This document shows, one piece after another, positions 52,481 to 64,000 of a DNA stretch of 64,000 bases. The notes under the pieces are model-generated. The model was not told the origin of the DNA. It saw only the letters and a program-made list of their open reading frames with translations, and did no database searches. Source of the DNA: Microbotryum violaceum (lineage: Eukaryota); the NCBI GenBank assembly GCA_001244265.2, contig CDLV01000010.1:1116001-1180000 (forward strand), read 5' to 3'. Position 1 is the stretch's first letter. The number at the start of each line of letters is the position of its first letter. The position numbers and the translations under genes were made by a program.

Positions 52481-53137
52481 CCCTTATAAGACATTTCTGA
52501 AGTGTAGAAGTTTCAGTTTTGATTTCATCTGGGCAGCAAAGGCAAGTGCTTTACGATTAGTACGGCGCCTTTTTGCTTTTTTTCTTTCTTTCTGGCCTTC
52601 GATTGTTTGATGCCGCGTTCAGATAGTATAGAAGGCTTTCAATGTGGAGATTCGTCGTTTCGAGCAGTGTCCAGTGAAAGTGAGAGAGAGAGAGAGTCTG
52701 GAATCCCTGTCTTCTGGTGGCAAAGGACCGTAGGTATCATCTGATAAATCATCTGGTTTCCATCTTCCGCCGGAATTTTGCCAACAGTGGAATTCATATG
52801 AACCACGCCCGCGAGGCTAGCGCGAGTCAAACCCTGCGGAAACCGGGAGCGGGTCCGTGCGATAACCCCAACCAATATTAGGGCTGGCCGTGTATAGCAC
52901 GCGAGAGCACACGCGAGCCCGCCCTCGGGGAGGCACGCCTTCACTTCCTCACTCGGTCCTGACGGCTTGACGGCCTAACGGCCTAACTCCACTTGTCCAG
53001 ACTTGTCCCAGCGCGCAGCTGACCCGGTCGCTCTTGGCGAGTTCAACAGCGTTCAACCGAGGACCAAGCTTTGTCCTTTCTTTTCTTCTTCGCAGTGCCC
53101 TCCTTCTCCTCACCACCACATTGAAATATTCGTCAAC

Positions 53138-55024
53138 ATGTCTTCCCCACCGATCAAAGTCGCCGTGCTTGGCTTTGGCATGTCTGCCCAAGGTTAGTCC
53201 CACCGCCGGTCTCGGGATCGAGCAAGTTCTCGGTTAACTTCGGCATCCCATCATCGATTAGGCGCCAGAAGGGCTGAGGTGGCAGACGACGCCACGACTC
53301 GCCTACCATTGCTCCAACTAACCCGTCGCACATCCAACCCCACACTTTCTTCCACATTCCCTTCATCCAATCCCTCTCGCAGCACTTCCACCTCACCACC
53401 ATCCTCGAACGCTCCGCCACAGCCGACAGTTCCAAAACCCGTGATGCGTTCCCCGAGGTCAAGGTCGTCGCCCACTTGCAACACGTGCTGGACGATGACG
53501 AGCTCTAACTGGTCTTTGTTTCGACGATTAACGATACCCTTTATGAGTATACAAAGGTGAGCACGGCCAGAATGTGATCCCGTCGCCGGAGTCCGCGGGA
53601 GCGCGACAGAGTGCTCACGACCCCTTTTTTACAGGCCATTTTGAACGCCGGCAAACACGTCGTGTGCGAGAAACCGCTCACCCCCACCTCGGCCGAGGCA
53701 TACGAGTTGGCCGAATTGGCAAGCCAGAAGAACCTTGTCCTGGCTGTGTACCAGGTAGGTCACCGCAAGAAATCAAGTAGATTCATGATCTTCAGAAATC
53801 AGCTGACAGCTCTTCATGATGCTACCCGCCCCAGAACCGCCGATGGGATTCCGATTTCTTGACCTTGAAGCAAGTGCTCGCCGAGAATCGCCTTGGTGAG
53901 GTGAGCGAGTTCACGTCCCATTTCGATCGCTACAAGAATGAGGCCGCCACGACAAAGTTGTGGAAGGAGAAGGTGAGTCGCAGATACCCTTCCAGTGTCC
54001 ACCTTGAGAGTGCAAACTGCTGAGTACTCTTGTTGGTTTCGGCAGGACTTGCCTGGAAAGGAAGCGGCATACGATCTCGGATCCCATCTGGTGAGTATCT
54101 GACTACAACGACCCAGGTGTAGTATCTAACTTCTTGGACTATGTGCAAACGAATCTCATGTCTTCCAGGTCGACCAAATCCTCGCCCTCTTCGGCAAGCC
54201 CCAAGCCGTGACTGGCTTCGTGCGCAACTCTCGCTTGATCGGTAATCCCGACGTACCCGCTTCGTTCCTCATTCATCGTATGTCATCTCCTCTGCTAAGT
54301 CCGTGCCACGAGTTTTCTCTCACAGCCGTCCGTTTTCTCCTCGCATACAGTGCACTACCCCTCAACCTCGGAAGCAGGGCGTCGCCTGCCCCTGATCGCG
54401 ACCGCACGAGGAAGTGTCCTCTCCCTCGTCTCACCTCAAATGAGATTCACAGTAAAAGGTACCGTACCCCACCCGAAGGCTTTTCCACCCCATCGAAGTT
54501 AAACCCCCCATCAATCCTTCCCCTCCCACCAGGCACCAAAGGAGCTTTCATCAAACACGGCTTGGACGTGCAAGAGGACCAACTCAAGAAAGGGGCCAAG
54601 AGCGCGGTCGACCAGGCTGATTTCGGAGTTGAACCCAAGGAGTTGCAAGGGACATTATACCAGGTGGAGGGGCCCCAAAGTGAGTTCAGATCATAGACTT
54701 TGGTTTTGCTCTGCGCGGGGGGGGGGGGGGGGGGGGGGGGGGGGCATTTACACTGACGCTTTTGGAGTTTGGGCGAAAAGGATCGAAACCAAAACGGGGA
54801 ACTACAAGGCTTGGTTCGAGAATTTCGCCGAGGTGAGTATTCTTTTCCCTATCTTTGCCCCATGCCATGAACTGACGAAAGAACCCGATACTCCTTCAAC
54901 TCAGGCCATCCGATCAAAAGACCGAAGCAAGCTCATCGTCACGCCCGAAGCAGCGGCGTTGACGATCGAAATCATTGAAAAAGCTACTCAGAGCTCAAAG
55001 GAGGGTCGTACGATACAATTGTAG
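53138..55024 (+). pseudogene. Gfo/Idh/MocA NAD(P)-dependent oxidoreductase with premature stop
   Basis: IKVAVLGFGMSA, FHIPFI, AGKHVVCEKP, YQNRRWDSDF, YDLGSHL, GAFIKHGLDVQEDQL. In-frame TAA at 53506-53508; no AG at the expected intron-1 acceptor. Confidence 0.8.
54717..54744 (+). repeat. Poly-G tract (28 G) in an intron
   Basis: Counted directly. Confidence 0.85.
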
Positions 55025-55243
55025 AACAACCCTACCCCACCTTGGAAGTGCGAAGCAGTTATTGTTTCTCTCCAAGACGGGCCTAGGCAACTAGAAAAAA
55101 GTAAGACAGCGAATTGATCTTGATCATGATGAAATTTTCTGCGCTAGAACCGCTTGCCACCTTTGTCTTCTACGACACGGCAAAAAGAAATCAGCCCGTG
55201 GTCCTAATGTAATGTAATGTAAACTCGCATGCCCTCATCCAAC

Positions 55244-58200
55244 TCAGTCAACCCTCTCCTCATCATTGAGTTTCACCTCCACCACCTGATCCTCCCCTCC
55301 GACCCCACTCCAAGCCCCATCCTCCCCATTCAAAGGATTCCAATCCTCCTCCCCGTCCCTCGGTTCCACCAACCCTCCCAATACACCCCTGGGTGACCCC
55401 GGTTCAGCGACATCCGAATCCGAACTCGAACTCGAACTATCTTGCATTGCCGACGCCAAAGTCCCCTTAAAGTAGTTCGGTCGAGCTCGTAACGTACTTG
55501 ACAACGTCGTATCACCCGCCCCATTGCCGAAGAGGTCGTCTTCCTCATCATCGTCAATCGTCGTCGTTTGGCGGATCGAGGTGTAAGGGGAATGTAGCAA
55601 CTCGTTCGAATGCATGTTCGAGGGAAGGTTCTCCGTCGATCCGAACGGAGTGTTCTCGAGTGAGTTCGGTCCGGAGGGAACACCGGCATCCGAGTTGGCT
55701 GCCGAGGCGTTGCGGGATTGGATGGCCGAATCGATCAATTCGCGTGATTTGGCGCCGATGGGGCGGGTCGTCCGGCGGCGGTAGAAGCATAGATACGCGG
55801 CTTTGGTCTTGACGGCTTCGGGGTTGTTGATCTCCGAGACACGGGACTGCGGACGAGAATAGAGGGAGCACATGTCAGCGCTGAGCGAGGGGAATGGGCT
55901 GATATCGCAAAGTCCCACCAGAGACCAACTCACATCATCGAAGTCGTACCACTTGCCATTCTCATGATTCTTCGCATACGCCGTATAATGGCCCCCACCC
56001 ATCCCACCATAATGATTATCAACGGCATAAAGATCATAAATGAGCGACTCGGGTTCCTCCGCGCCCGTCTCGCCCGCCAACCTTCGTTCGACCTTTACAC
56101 CCTCAACAAAAGGCTCGATATCAAAGTCCTCGAGGGGGAAGTCCACAAGATCGTCAAGCTTGTCCCTCGAGTACCGATTTGCACTGAAGCGCTTGAACGC
56201 AAAGACGAGCACGTCGGGGACCTTCCACAACTCGACCTTTTTCGTCGCTTGTTGATGCTTCTTGCATACAGGGCAATACCACGTATCGTCCTCCCCCAAT
56301 CGTTCCTCCTTGGTGAACTCGTTCAAACAATCTTGGATCGTGATGGCTTTCTTCATCGTTCCCCGCGGGCGGTTGCGTCGTTCAGCGAGGACAGGGTCAA
56401 CGAGGGATTCGACTTGGAGCCACGTCGCTTGGTCCCCGTCCGATCCATTACCGCCAAAGTAATGCGCTAACGCAGCGGGCTCCCATTCGACATGGAAAAA
56501 GTCACCGTTCTTCACAAGAGGCTTGAACGCAGGTGGAGGAGGCGTCGATTCAGCCGTAGACACAGCGGCCTCCGACTGTGGTCCCGGCTCGACTGGTGCA
56601 GGTGTCAATGCGTCAGTCGACATCGCCGATGAACTCTCCTCTTCAACGGTGGGGAAAGCGCCAGGAACATGACCCGGAGCGGGAGCAGGTGCCGTCTTGA
56701 ACATGTCCGTCTCGGGCGACGGCGCACGAGGCAAGCGTGACTCGAGGGGTACGACAGGTGTGTTCTCACAGTCCCTTTGGCCGAGAGGTAGGCCGTATTT
56801 GGTGACGGGGTGCTTGGAGACGTGTATTTGGAACGGGGCCTTGGAGCGGGGCGTCTTGGAAGAAGCTGTGGTCGAAGCCGCAGTCGAGAGAGAAATCTCA
56901 CCATCCACCTCCATCGAGGCTTCGGGCGGAGGCGTAGGAGGCAAGTTTTTGCTGGAGCCAGCCGTGGGGGCACTGTGAACTTGCGGCAATGTAGCAGCAA
57001 CACCACTGTCCTGTTCGAGCTCGACGAACTCGAGCAGTTCCTCTCCCCTCTTGGTGACGCGAGCGTATTGTGTCGCCAAAGCTAGTTCGATCGCTTCGAC
57101 ACTAGAAGCTTGTTCGCACGTGAGCGTAAGCAGGAAAGGGGAACCGAACGCATCGCCATGGTTCGAAGCGCCGTAAGATCTGTGAGAGCTGCCGCTGAAC
57201 TTGCTCCTCGCCTTGTGCATTACGGGGATGACGATTGGCGCATCGGGGTCCATGCGAAGAGGTTTCGTCCTTCCGTGTTCCCTAGGTTTAGGCTGTGGAA
57301 ACGGTCCACTCGTTTCCCAAAAGACGAGGCAATCCCTTTCAGTATTGAGTTCCGAAATCATGTCGTCGTCGTACCACGCCTTGAAAGGCTTGCCCTTCCA
57401 CTCTTCGATCGTGACGAGGTGTTTGGGATCGCAGTCGACGAGCTTGGCGACTAGAGCTTTCGCGGTTTTGATCGTGCCATTCTTGGGCACTTCGAGATCG
57501 ACGACGTAGCGAGCTCGTTTCGGATCCAAGGGAACAAAGTAGATCCTCCCTTCCCACTTTTTTGACACGGGCAGATTCATCGTCACGTACATGAACGGGT
57601 CGAATGTGATCGAGACCTGTACCGTCATGCACATCAGAGTCAGCGGATTGCGCGAGGGACGACCTATGCGAGATAACTGACCTTGTCACAATCAGGACAC
57701 ACGACTGTACTTCTGTACTGCCCCTGGAACAAATCGACAATGACCGAATCATTGCGACTCCTATACTGTTCCCAACACGTCCTCGCCAACTCAAACATCT
57801 CCTTATCGCCACCCCCCTCCCAATCCGGTGCGCTCGTAGGCGGTTTCTTCTTGATCCGATTCAAATCCTCATGCACACCGTCCAAGAGGAACGCGAGTAG
57901 TTCTTGGGTGTCTTGTTGTCCGTACCCGGAGAATTGAGGGGCGAAACGGGAGAGGGCTTGTTTGAACTCACGCGGGGCGTAGGCGCCGCTCGAGGTGGAC
58001 CAGAGGCGTTCGATAAGTTGGCCGAAACTCTCGGCGACTTGACCTCGCATGCCCAAAGGGTTCGTTCGGTTGATCTCGCTCTTGTAGACACCAGCTGGTG
58101 GGGGCGCAAGTTCCGCATTAGCACGTGAATGAACGTTCAAGTTGACGTTGTGTCACGTACAGGAAAAGTACTCTTGCAGCTCCTTGGTGTTGCTCATGCA

Positions 58201-60170
58201 TTGCAAAGCGGAATTCATGAAGCACGTGCTGTAGAGGGAGGTGCGCAACAGGATCAGCCCGGAATCACGAAGGCGCTGTGGACGACATGATGATCCACTC
58301 ACTTTCCAAGGTTGGTCAATCCCGTCAACCCTCGCTGCCCCGAACGCGAATTGGATTTGCTCCGCGTCAACGCTCCCCCAAGACTCGCAAACAACCCCGC
58401 CCCGCCCCCCCCACTCCCCAAAGTCGAACCCGAATGATTCGACGCTGCAGGCCTCTCGACTCCAGTCTTGTTCCTCGGAATCACGGCGAAGCGATCAAAG
58501 AATTGCGTGCCGAACAGCTTATTCTTGTCGTCTGCTGCTGCGGAGGAATGATGTGAGCTTGAACCGGATGCGGAGGTCGAGGCTTGGATGGAAGTTTCGT
58601 CGACGAGCCATTTGCCGTCCTCATTCTGCTCCTCGATGGCGAGGCGCGTCATCTCGTCTGTGAGCATCGCATCGTTGAGTGAGGTCGTCCCAGAAATCTC
58701 GCCACGTTCGACCAATTCGACGCTGTGACCGGCCTGGGCAACGCGACTGAGTTTCTCGGCAAAGATATGACCAGGGCCATCGAGCAACGGCGCGGCCAAC
58801 CCGACCTCTTCATCGGCGGGCAGTCGCCAAAGTCGAATCTCGCGACCGCTGCTGAGGCCGTACTGGATCGCACACAGCTCTTTGAGTTCTTGGACGGTTG
58901 AGCCAGAGGACAGGGAGATGGTCGGCGTAGATTCGACGATGGGTATCGAGACGTTGACGGCCAAGGACTCGCTCGGCAGAACTTTGACGGGGCCGAATGT
59001 TGGTGGGTAGAATTCGACGCGTTCGCTCCCGAAGCCGCCCGTGGAGACGACCTGACGCTCGATGGGAAAGGACGAGCGACCGTACCTATCAAACGTGAGG
59101 GTTCATATTAGCATTCGTCCGACATAAACCCCCACCGAGTGTACTTACCACTTGACCAAGAAATCCCATGCCTGCGGCGACAAGAGCACGACATCACGTC
59201 CTTCCTGGACGGGCCTCTTGAGCGCGCCGCTCTGATCCAAAATATCGGCATTGCTGACCGGTCCCAAATTCTCAATCGACAAGTCGTCATCATCGTCGTC
59301 ATCGTTCTTCTCGTCGCGAACGCCCGAGCAGGCAGCCTGCCATCGTCTGTACCAGGTCCGGGAGACGAGGTACCAACTGTCGCCTGGGGCCATTTCGTTC
59401 TGCGCGTCGCGGAGCCAGTCCTGGATCAGAGCGAGTTGGTTCGCGCCGTCCGGTGGGGGTTCGGTGCGCTCGAGGCTGACGGGGACGGCGTTTTCGTCCC
59501 CCTCGTCATCGTCGTCCATGGTCGTAGAGGAGGGGGTCGCGGCGGTTGAAGCGAGGGTTGAAGAGGTATAACTGGGCAGTTGCTCTTCGTCGTCGGTATG
59601 AGACCCAGCGGCGGCGACGGCAGCAGCTGCAGCGGCCGAGGAGCGAGTCGTCGGTCGAACTAGACTAGCAGCAGCGAAAGCAGAAGCGTCGTCCATGGCC
59701 ACATCACCCGACTGGCTGTTGATCTCGTCGTCGTCGTCGTCGACGTCGTCACCACGTTCAGAAGATCCTTCAAGATCCAGCCTCGAAGCGCCGAGCGAAT
59801 CAATGTCACTCGGCGAATCGGCCGTGCCGGTGGGGTCGACCGAGAGGTGACGTTTGACCACGGACGACTCTGAGCTCTGGGAAGCGTCCGACAACGCGCG
59901 TTTACGGGCCGACAATGTAGGCGAAGGAGGCGCAGCGGCAGTCGCAGAGCTGTGTGGATTCGAAGCCAAGTTCAAAGTGGAGGTAGGAGATGATGAAGCC
60001 AGTGATGACGAGGACGACAGCGCGAGCGCCAGCGCCAGCGGCGTGCGTGGTCGATGCGGATGCGGATGTGGGTGCGGATGTGGGTGTGGGTGCGGGTGCG
60101 GGTGCGGATGAGCTGCTGCAGCGGCTGCGTCCGGGTCAGTCTGACTCTCTCGCCCGCGGTCTGAGCGCAT
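55244..60170 (-). CDS. UBP12: Ubiquitin-specific protease, Ubp12/USP4-11-15 family (DUSP + UCH)
   Basis: DUSP GDSWYLVSRTWYRRW, Cys box GLTNLGNTCFMNSALQC (spliced), QQDTQELL..LLDGVHEDLNR, WYCPVCK, His box HYGGMGGGHYTAY. Start uncertain. Confidence 0.92.
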
Positions 60171-60628
60171 ACGACCGGCCGACCAAAGCTCGAAGCAAGG
60201 TGGGAAGAGAGCGGTGGGAGGTCTCAGAGTCGGAGCCTCGGCTGGACCGATGCAAGGACAACAGCAGGCGCAAAGAGAGACAGGAGCGGGGGAACCGTCT
60301 TTCACGCGGCTGAGCCCAGCTGGGTGGAGTGGATTGAGTGGGGTAAAAGATGGCGCGGCCGCAAGCCCACTGCAGCAGCCGACAGTCTCGTGAGGACCGA
60401 ACACGCGTTAGATGGCAACCTGTCGTACGTGGCAGGCTCGAGAGTGGCTCGAGGACTTCCTAAAGGCGAGGATAGGCTTCATCATGTGGGTGCATGGAGC
60501 AGGTCAATACTGCTAATGCAGGGCGAAACAATTTTCTCTCCCAACCCTTAATCTGTCTGACTGCAGGCCTTCCTAAACGAAACGAAGCCCCTTCCCCCCA
60601 TAATTAATTGACCTATCTCAGCACTGCC

Positions 60629-62285
60629 CTATCTCGACAACAGAGCCGCAACAGCCGCAACACAAATACCCACAGCCACACCGACACCTCCAAAAGCGAG
60701 CATTCTTAAATCCTGCTCTTGCAAAGGGTACTCTCGATGCCATGACCAGGTGCCAGAAATCGTTGGTGATGTTTGCTCGGGGTCAGACTTCTCGAGGGGG
60801 CTTCCGTCGGGAAAGGAGAGGACAGCTTCTTCGCAGGTGGGCAGTTCAGAGTCATCAAGAGTAGACGAAGGCGGGGAGAGGGTTGAAGAGATTGTTGTAG
60901 GTGTATTAGGGTGCGAAGGAGCAGACGTCGTCGAAGTGACGAGTCGATCGAGTTTTTCTTGAGCATCCGTCAAAAGCGATTGAAGAGACAAGAGCGAGGC
61001 CATCGTCGCTTCTTGGCCCTCGTTTGCGTTCTCTCTCAACCTTGTGAGCGCAAGACACAGTCAACACACTGGTCAATGCCAGACTCGACCAAACTCGCTC
61101 CACTCACCGGGCTTCGACGCCTTCGACCAACCGACGCCGCTTCCACGGTTCGACGAGGAGGATCGTGATGATAAACAGCAGCACGTTGAGCGATGTGATC
61201 CCAAGAGACCCATAGGTCGACAAAGATCGGATCTGTGACGAGACGCGGCTGAAATGAGACTTGCTGCTGGGCGTCAAGCACCCTGCGGAGGAACCCACCT
61301 TGTCGGACCAAACCTGCTCCTCGTGGTACCTCTCCAGGATCGCCTGCATAAGCTCTGGTGCCATCGATACGGACTGCTGTTAATGAGGTGCTTGAAACAT
61401 AAAGGATCCTCGATCGACGCACCGGAAAATCCCGATTCGACCTCTTGCTCGGTCTTCTCTGCTGCGACCCTTGCTTTGGCTTCGGCTTGTTCGTTCTCGT
61501 GATCTTGCTGAATCAGCTCGGTGAACCTGCGGTGCAGATGATAGCATGAGTGATATGGACCACAGATCCATTGCAGTGAAGAAAGCTGAGCCACCTCATG
61601 ACGTCGGCCGAAGTCCATGAATGCTTTCTCTGCAGGAGATCGTTGACCTCCTTCTGACTCGCTGCTCGGACGGCGACAGCGGCTGCGAACGCCTGTTTAC
61701 TCAATCCAGCAACCTCTCGAGCTGCATTGAGAGCTTTCTCTGTGCCCATCAAAGACCAAGGCGAGGCAAAAGGGTCTCAGCCGGTCACTCCGCGCTAAAA
61801 GTGAGACTTTAACCTCAGCTGGACCCACCTCTTTCGACGACCCCCTTCCTAAGCAGATCGATCTCCACATACCCCGTCGCAGCATTGATCTTGCCCCCCA
61901 TGTCCCGCAACCTTCTCTCGAGTTCCCAGGCTCGGATCGTTTCCTTGACTGAAGCGGATTGCTTGCGAGCCAAGTTGTCCAAGGTCGCTAAGAGGGAATT
62001 GAGTTGACGTTGAGCGGTTTGGGAGGCGTTCGGATTTCGGGGAGCGGAGTCCGAGGTGGTGTTGGACGACGAAGATGGCAATGTTGATGCAGGTGGGGTT
62101 GTTGTATCGGACGAGGGCGCCGTACTCGAAGTCGAATAAGAATGTAGTCTGGTCCAGTTCCCGGTCGAGGTGGGCGTGACGAAGCGCGTAACTCGTCGCG
62201 TCGAACCCGGTGCAGTCCGTGTCAGTCGCCAATAACACGCCGAACATGTCGTCGAGCTGACTGATTTCAGTGCTGTGGAGGCCAT
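60629..62285 (-). CDS. SHE9: She9/Mdm33 mitochondrial inner-membrane protein
   Basis: [63 protein letters not shown]; presequence-like N-terminus. Confidence 0.92.
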
Positions 62286-62785
62286 CGGCTCCCTTGCGAT
62301 CGAGCCTGGTGTTGAACTCGGCCAGACCACTGTGCGGAGGGAGGCTCGTCGATCGTTTTCTCGCCGGGAAGTTGATCGGAAGCGCGTTCGATTGCTGTCG
62401 ATTGGAGATTCGAGTTGCGCGCACGCCATTTGATGGTCCATTAGTTCGCGCGAGCCGATTGTAATGCAGGAAGAATGCGCTTCAAGCGCACCAAGATGCC
62501 ATCCGCAAGAATACAGAAAGGCGCTGGAAGTGGGCGAAATGCCATTAGACGCCCCTGATAGCCCCTAACCATCCTCACCTTGTGCCAGGTCGCGATCATC
62601 CTACGTTCTGCGCACTTCCGTGTGTGCCCTTGTTGAGGGACAAGAGGACAACATGTCAGCTATACAGTCCCTCCAGAGTCACGAATTCACCTGTCCCTAG
62701 TAGACGACGTGCTCGAGATCCCGCATTATTCGACAAAAGTTACGATTTTCGAGAATTGGTGGTATGCCTGCGGCTATTGATCCTT

Positions 62786-62903
62786 CTTGTGCAAAGTCAG
62801 AGCCAGTGGATCTATGCAGCACTACATTCACAGAACCACAAAAGGGGACTCTAAATCTGAGCCCCCATCACCAACCCTATGTAGTTTTGGTGAATAGGCA
62901 CAA
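62786..62903. repeat. Degenerate repeat relic, copy B
   Basis: Reverse-complement similarity to 14158-14283. Confidence 0.6.
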
Positions 62904-62958
62904 CTGAGAAGAGAGAGAAGACAGAGAGAGAGAGTCCTGATTTTTTTTTTTTGTATCA

Positions 62959-64000
62959 CCAGTGGGAACCCGTTAAATTAACGGGAGGGTGAAATTCAAA
63001 TAGCAGCAGAACTGAACAGTCTACATGATTTCAACAGAGGTCAAATAAACACACTACGAAGTACAGCAAAGAAACAGTTCTCCATTCATCGGCCAAACAG
63101 CCTGCCCGTTGCTTGTTGCCAAAAACGTCGTTGTCGCAGAGTCGGTTCAACTTGGCTTCAAACGCTCGTGCAATGAGTTCCGGTCGGTTGCATGCTTGGT
63201 CGTTCGGTCCCAGTGCAGCCTTGATTTCAGGCCATTCGGGGTGGCACGTCACCGTGATGAACAACGAAGGCTTTCCATATTTTACGACGCACGCGTCATA
63301 TCATCTTGTTAACGCTGCGTGCTCTCGCGCGGTCTATTCTTGAACGTTGAGCCCAAAATCACCGAACATCCAACTTGATCCGGGGTCAAGTTGATGATGC
63401 CTTGGCCCGTGGTGAGGCGGAGGTTTTCTTGATCCAACTGGAGGTAAGTTGAGTCGATCGGTCTCGACCTGGGCGTATCCGTTATCACGAACGCCAGGAA
63501 GGCACGTTGGGTGCAATGCGGGATTGAGAAGTACTCGTCGCGTTTGTGCAAGTCGTACGCAAATAATTGTGAACGTGAGACTCGCCACCTCGATCCCCTT
63601 TATTTGAGCTTCGTCCTGGGCGTTCAAACGTTCAATGTCAGTCTGTGCATGCGCCTTAACAGAATGGAACATCCGAGAAAGAGCCGAAAGGGCTTACGTT
63701 CACCATCACCATTCTCTGCGTCCCCTTCCTCCTCGTCGCGGTCTTTTGGCAAAGAGTGGCCCAATTTGGTTGAACGCGCAAAGAGGAATGTTGAGGTGGA
63801 AGCTATCTTCCTCTGCGGGGAAGAGTAGTGGGTAACGGAGAGGCATCGCAGACGGATGGAGCGAGCTAACGATTTGGTACTTGGGCCGACCATTGGGACA
63901 TCGATCACCGTGCACCTGGAGAATAAGGTCTTGAGGTCCACGATCTCCCGTGTTGGTGTCGGAATCGCAGATAAGCATCGCCATTTCGGTGCTCGACGTA
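62959..64000 (-). mobile_element. Defective Helitron, copy 2 (runs off the window end)
   Basis: Near-identical to 14323-15363, with the same hairpin (62969-62985). Terminus is CTGG|T rather than CTAG|T; flank is different. Confidence 0.9.

Noticed and set aside
49590..52770. Possible TIRs (tggaaacca.atg..attta) flanking the orphan gene
   Set aside because: The match is short and gapped with no TSD; consistent with chance.
1..64000. tRNA or rRNA genes, or a biosynthetic gene cluster
   Set aside because: No cloverleaf or rRNA signature noticed. Neighbouring genes are functionally unrelated and there is no PKS, NRPS or terpene backbone gene.

Overview
Eukaryotic, intron-rich fungal DNA. Gene structure and protein style point to a basidiomycete, probably Pucciniomycotina/Microbotryum-like (inference). 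Apparently intact genes, in order: importin beta-4 (5' end outside the window), a small hydrophilic protein, an S8 subtilisin, mannose-6-phosphate isomerase, an inositol/sugar MFS transporter, ribosomal protein eL33 and RPA3 (both missed or fragmented by the ORF track), a CorA-family transporter, topoisomerase II, class-2 dihydroorotate dehydrogenase, mitochondrial mL59, a Git3/Gpr1-like GPCR, alanine-glyoxylate aminotransferase, a TFIIIC Sfc9-like subunit, a UBP12-like deubiquitinase and SHE9/MDM33. Accessory content: two near-identical defective Helitrons, two MITE-like elements with TIRs and TSDs, an older repeat relic next to both Helitron 3' ends, and three apparently disrupted genes (fungal-type kinase, an orphan, a Gfo/Idh/MocA oxidoreductase). 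The most unusual items are a DHODH of about 950 aa with a LEA-like N-terminal segment and long C-tail, the two Helitron copies landing beside the same relic repeat, and a CorA protein with SLN in place of GMN. I found no tRNA, rRNA or CRISPR, and no clearly new multi-gene system. Exon boundaries were read by eye and are approximate.
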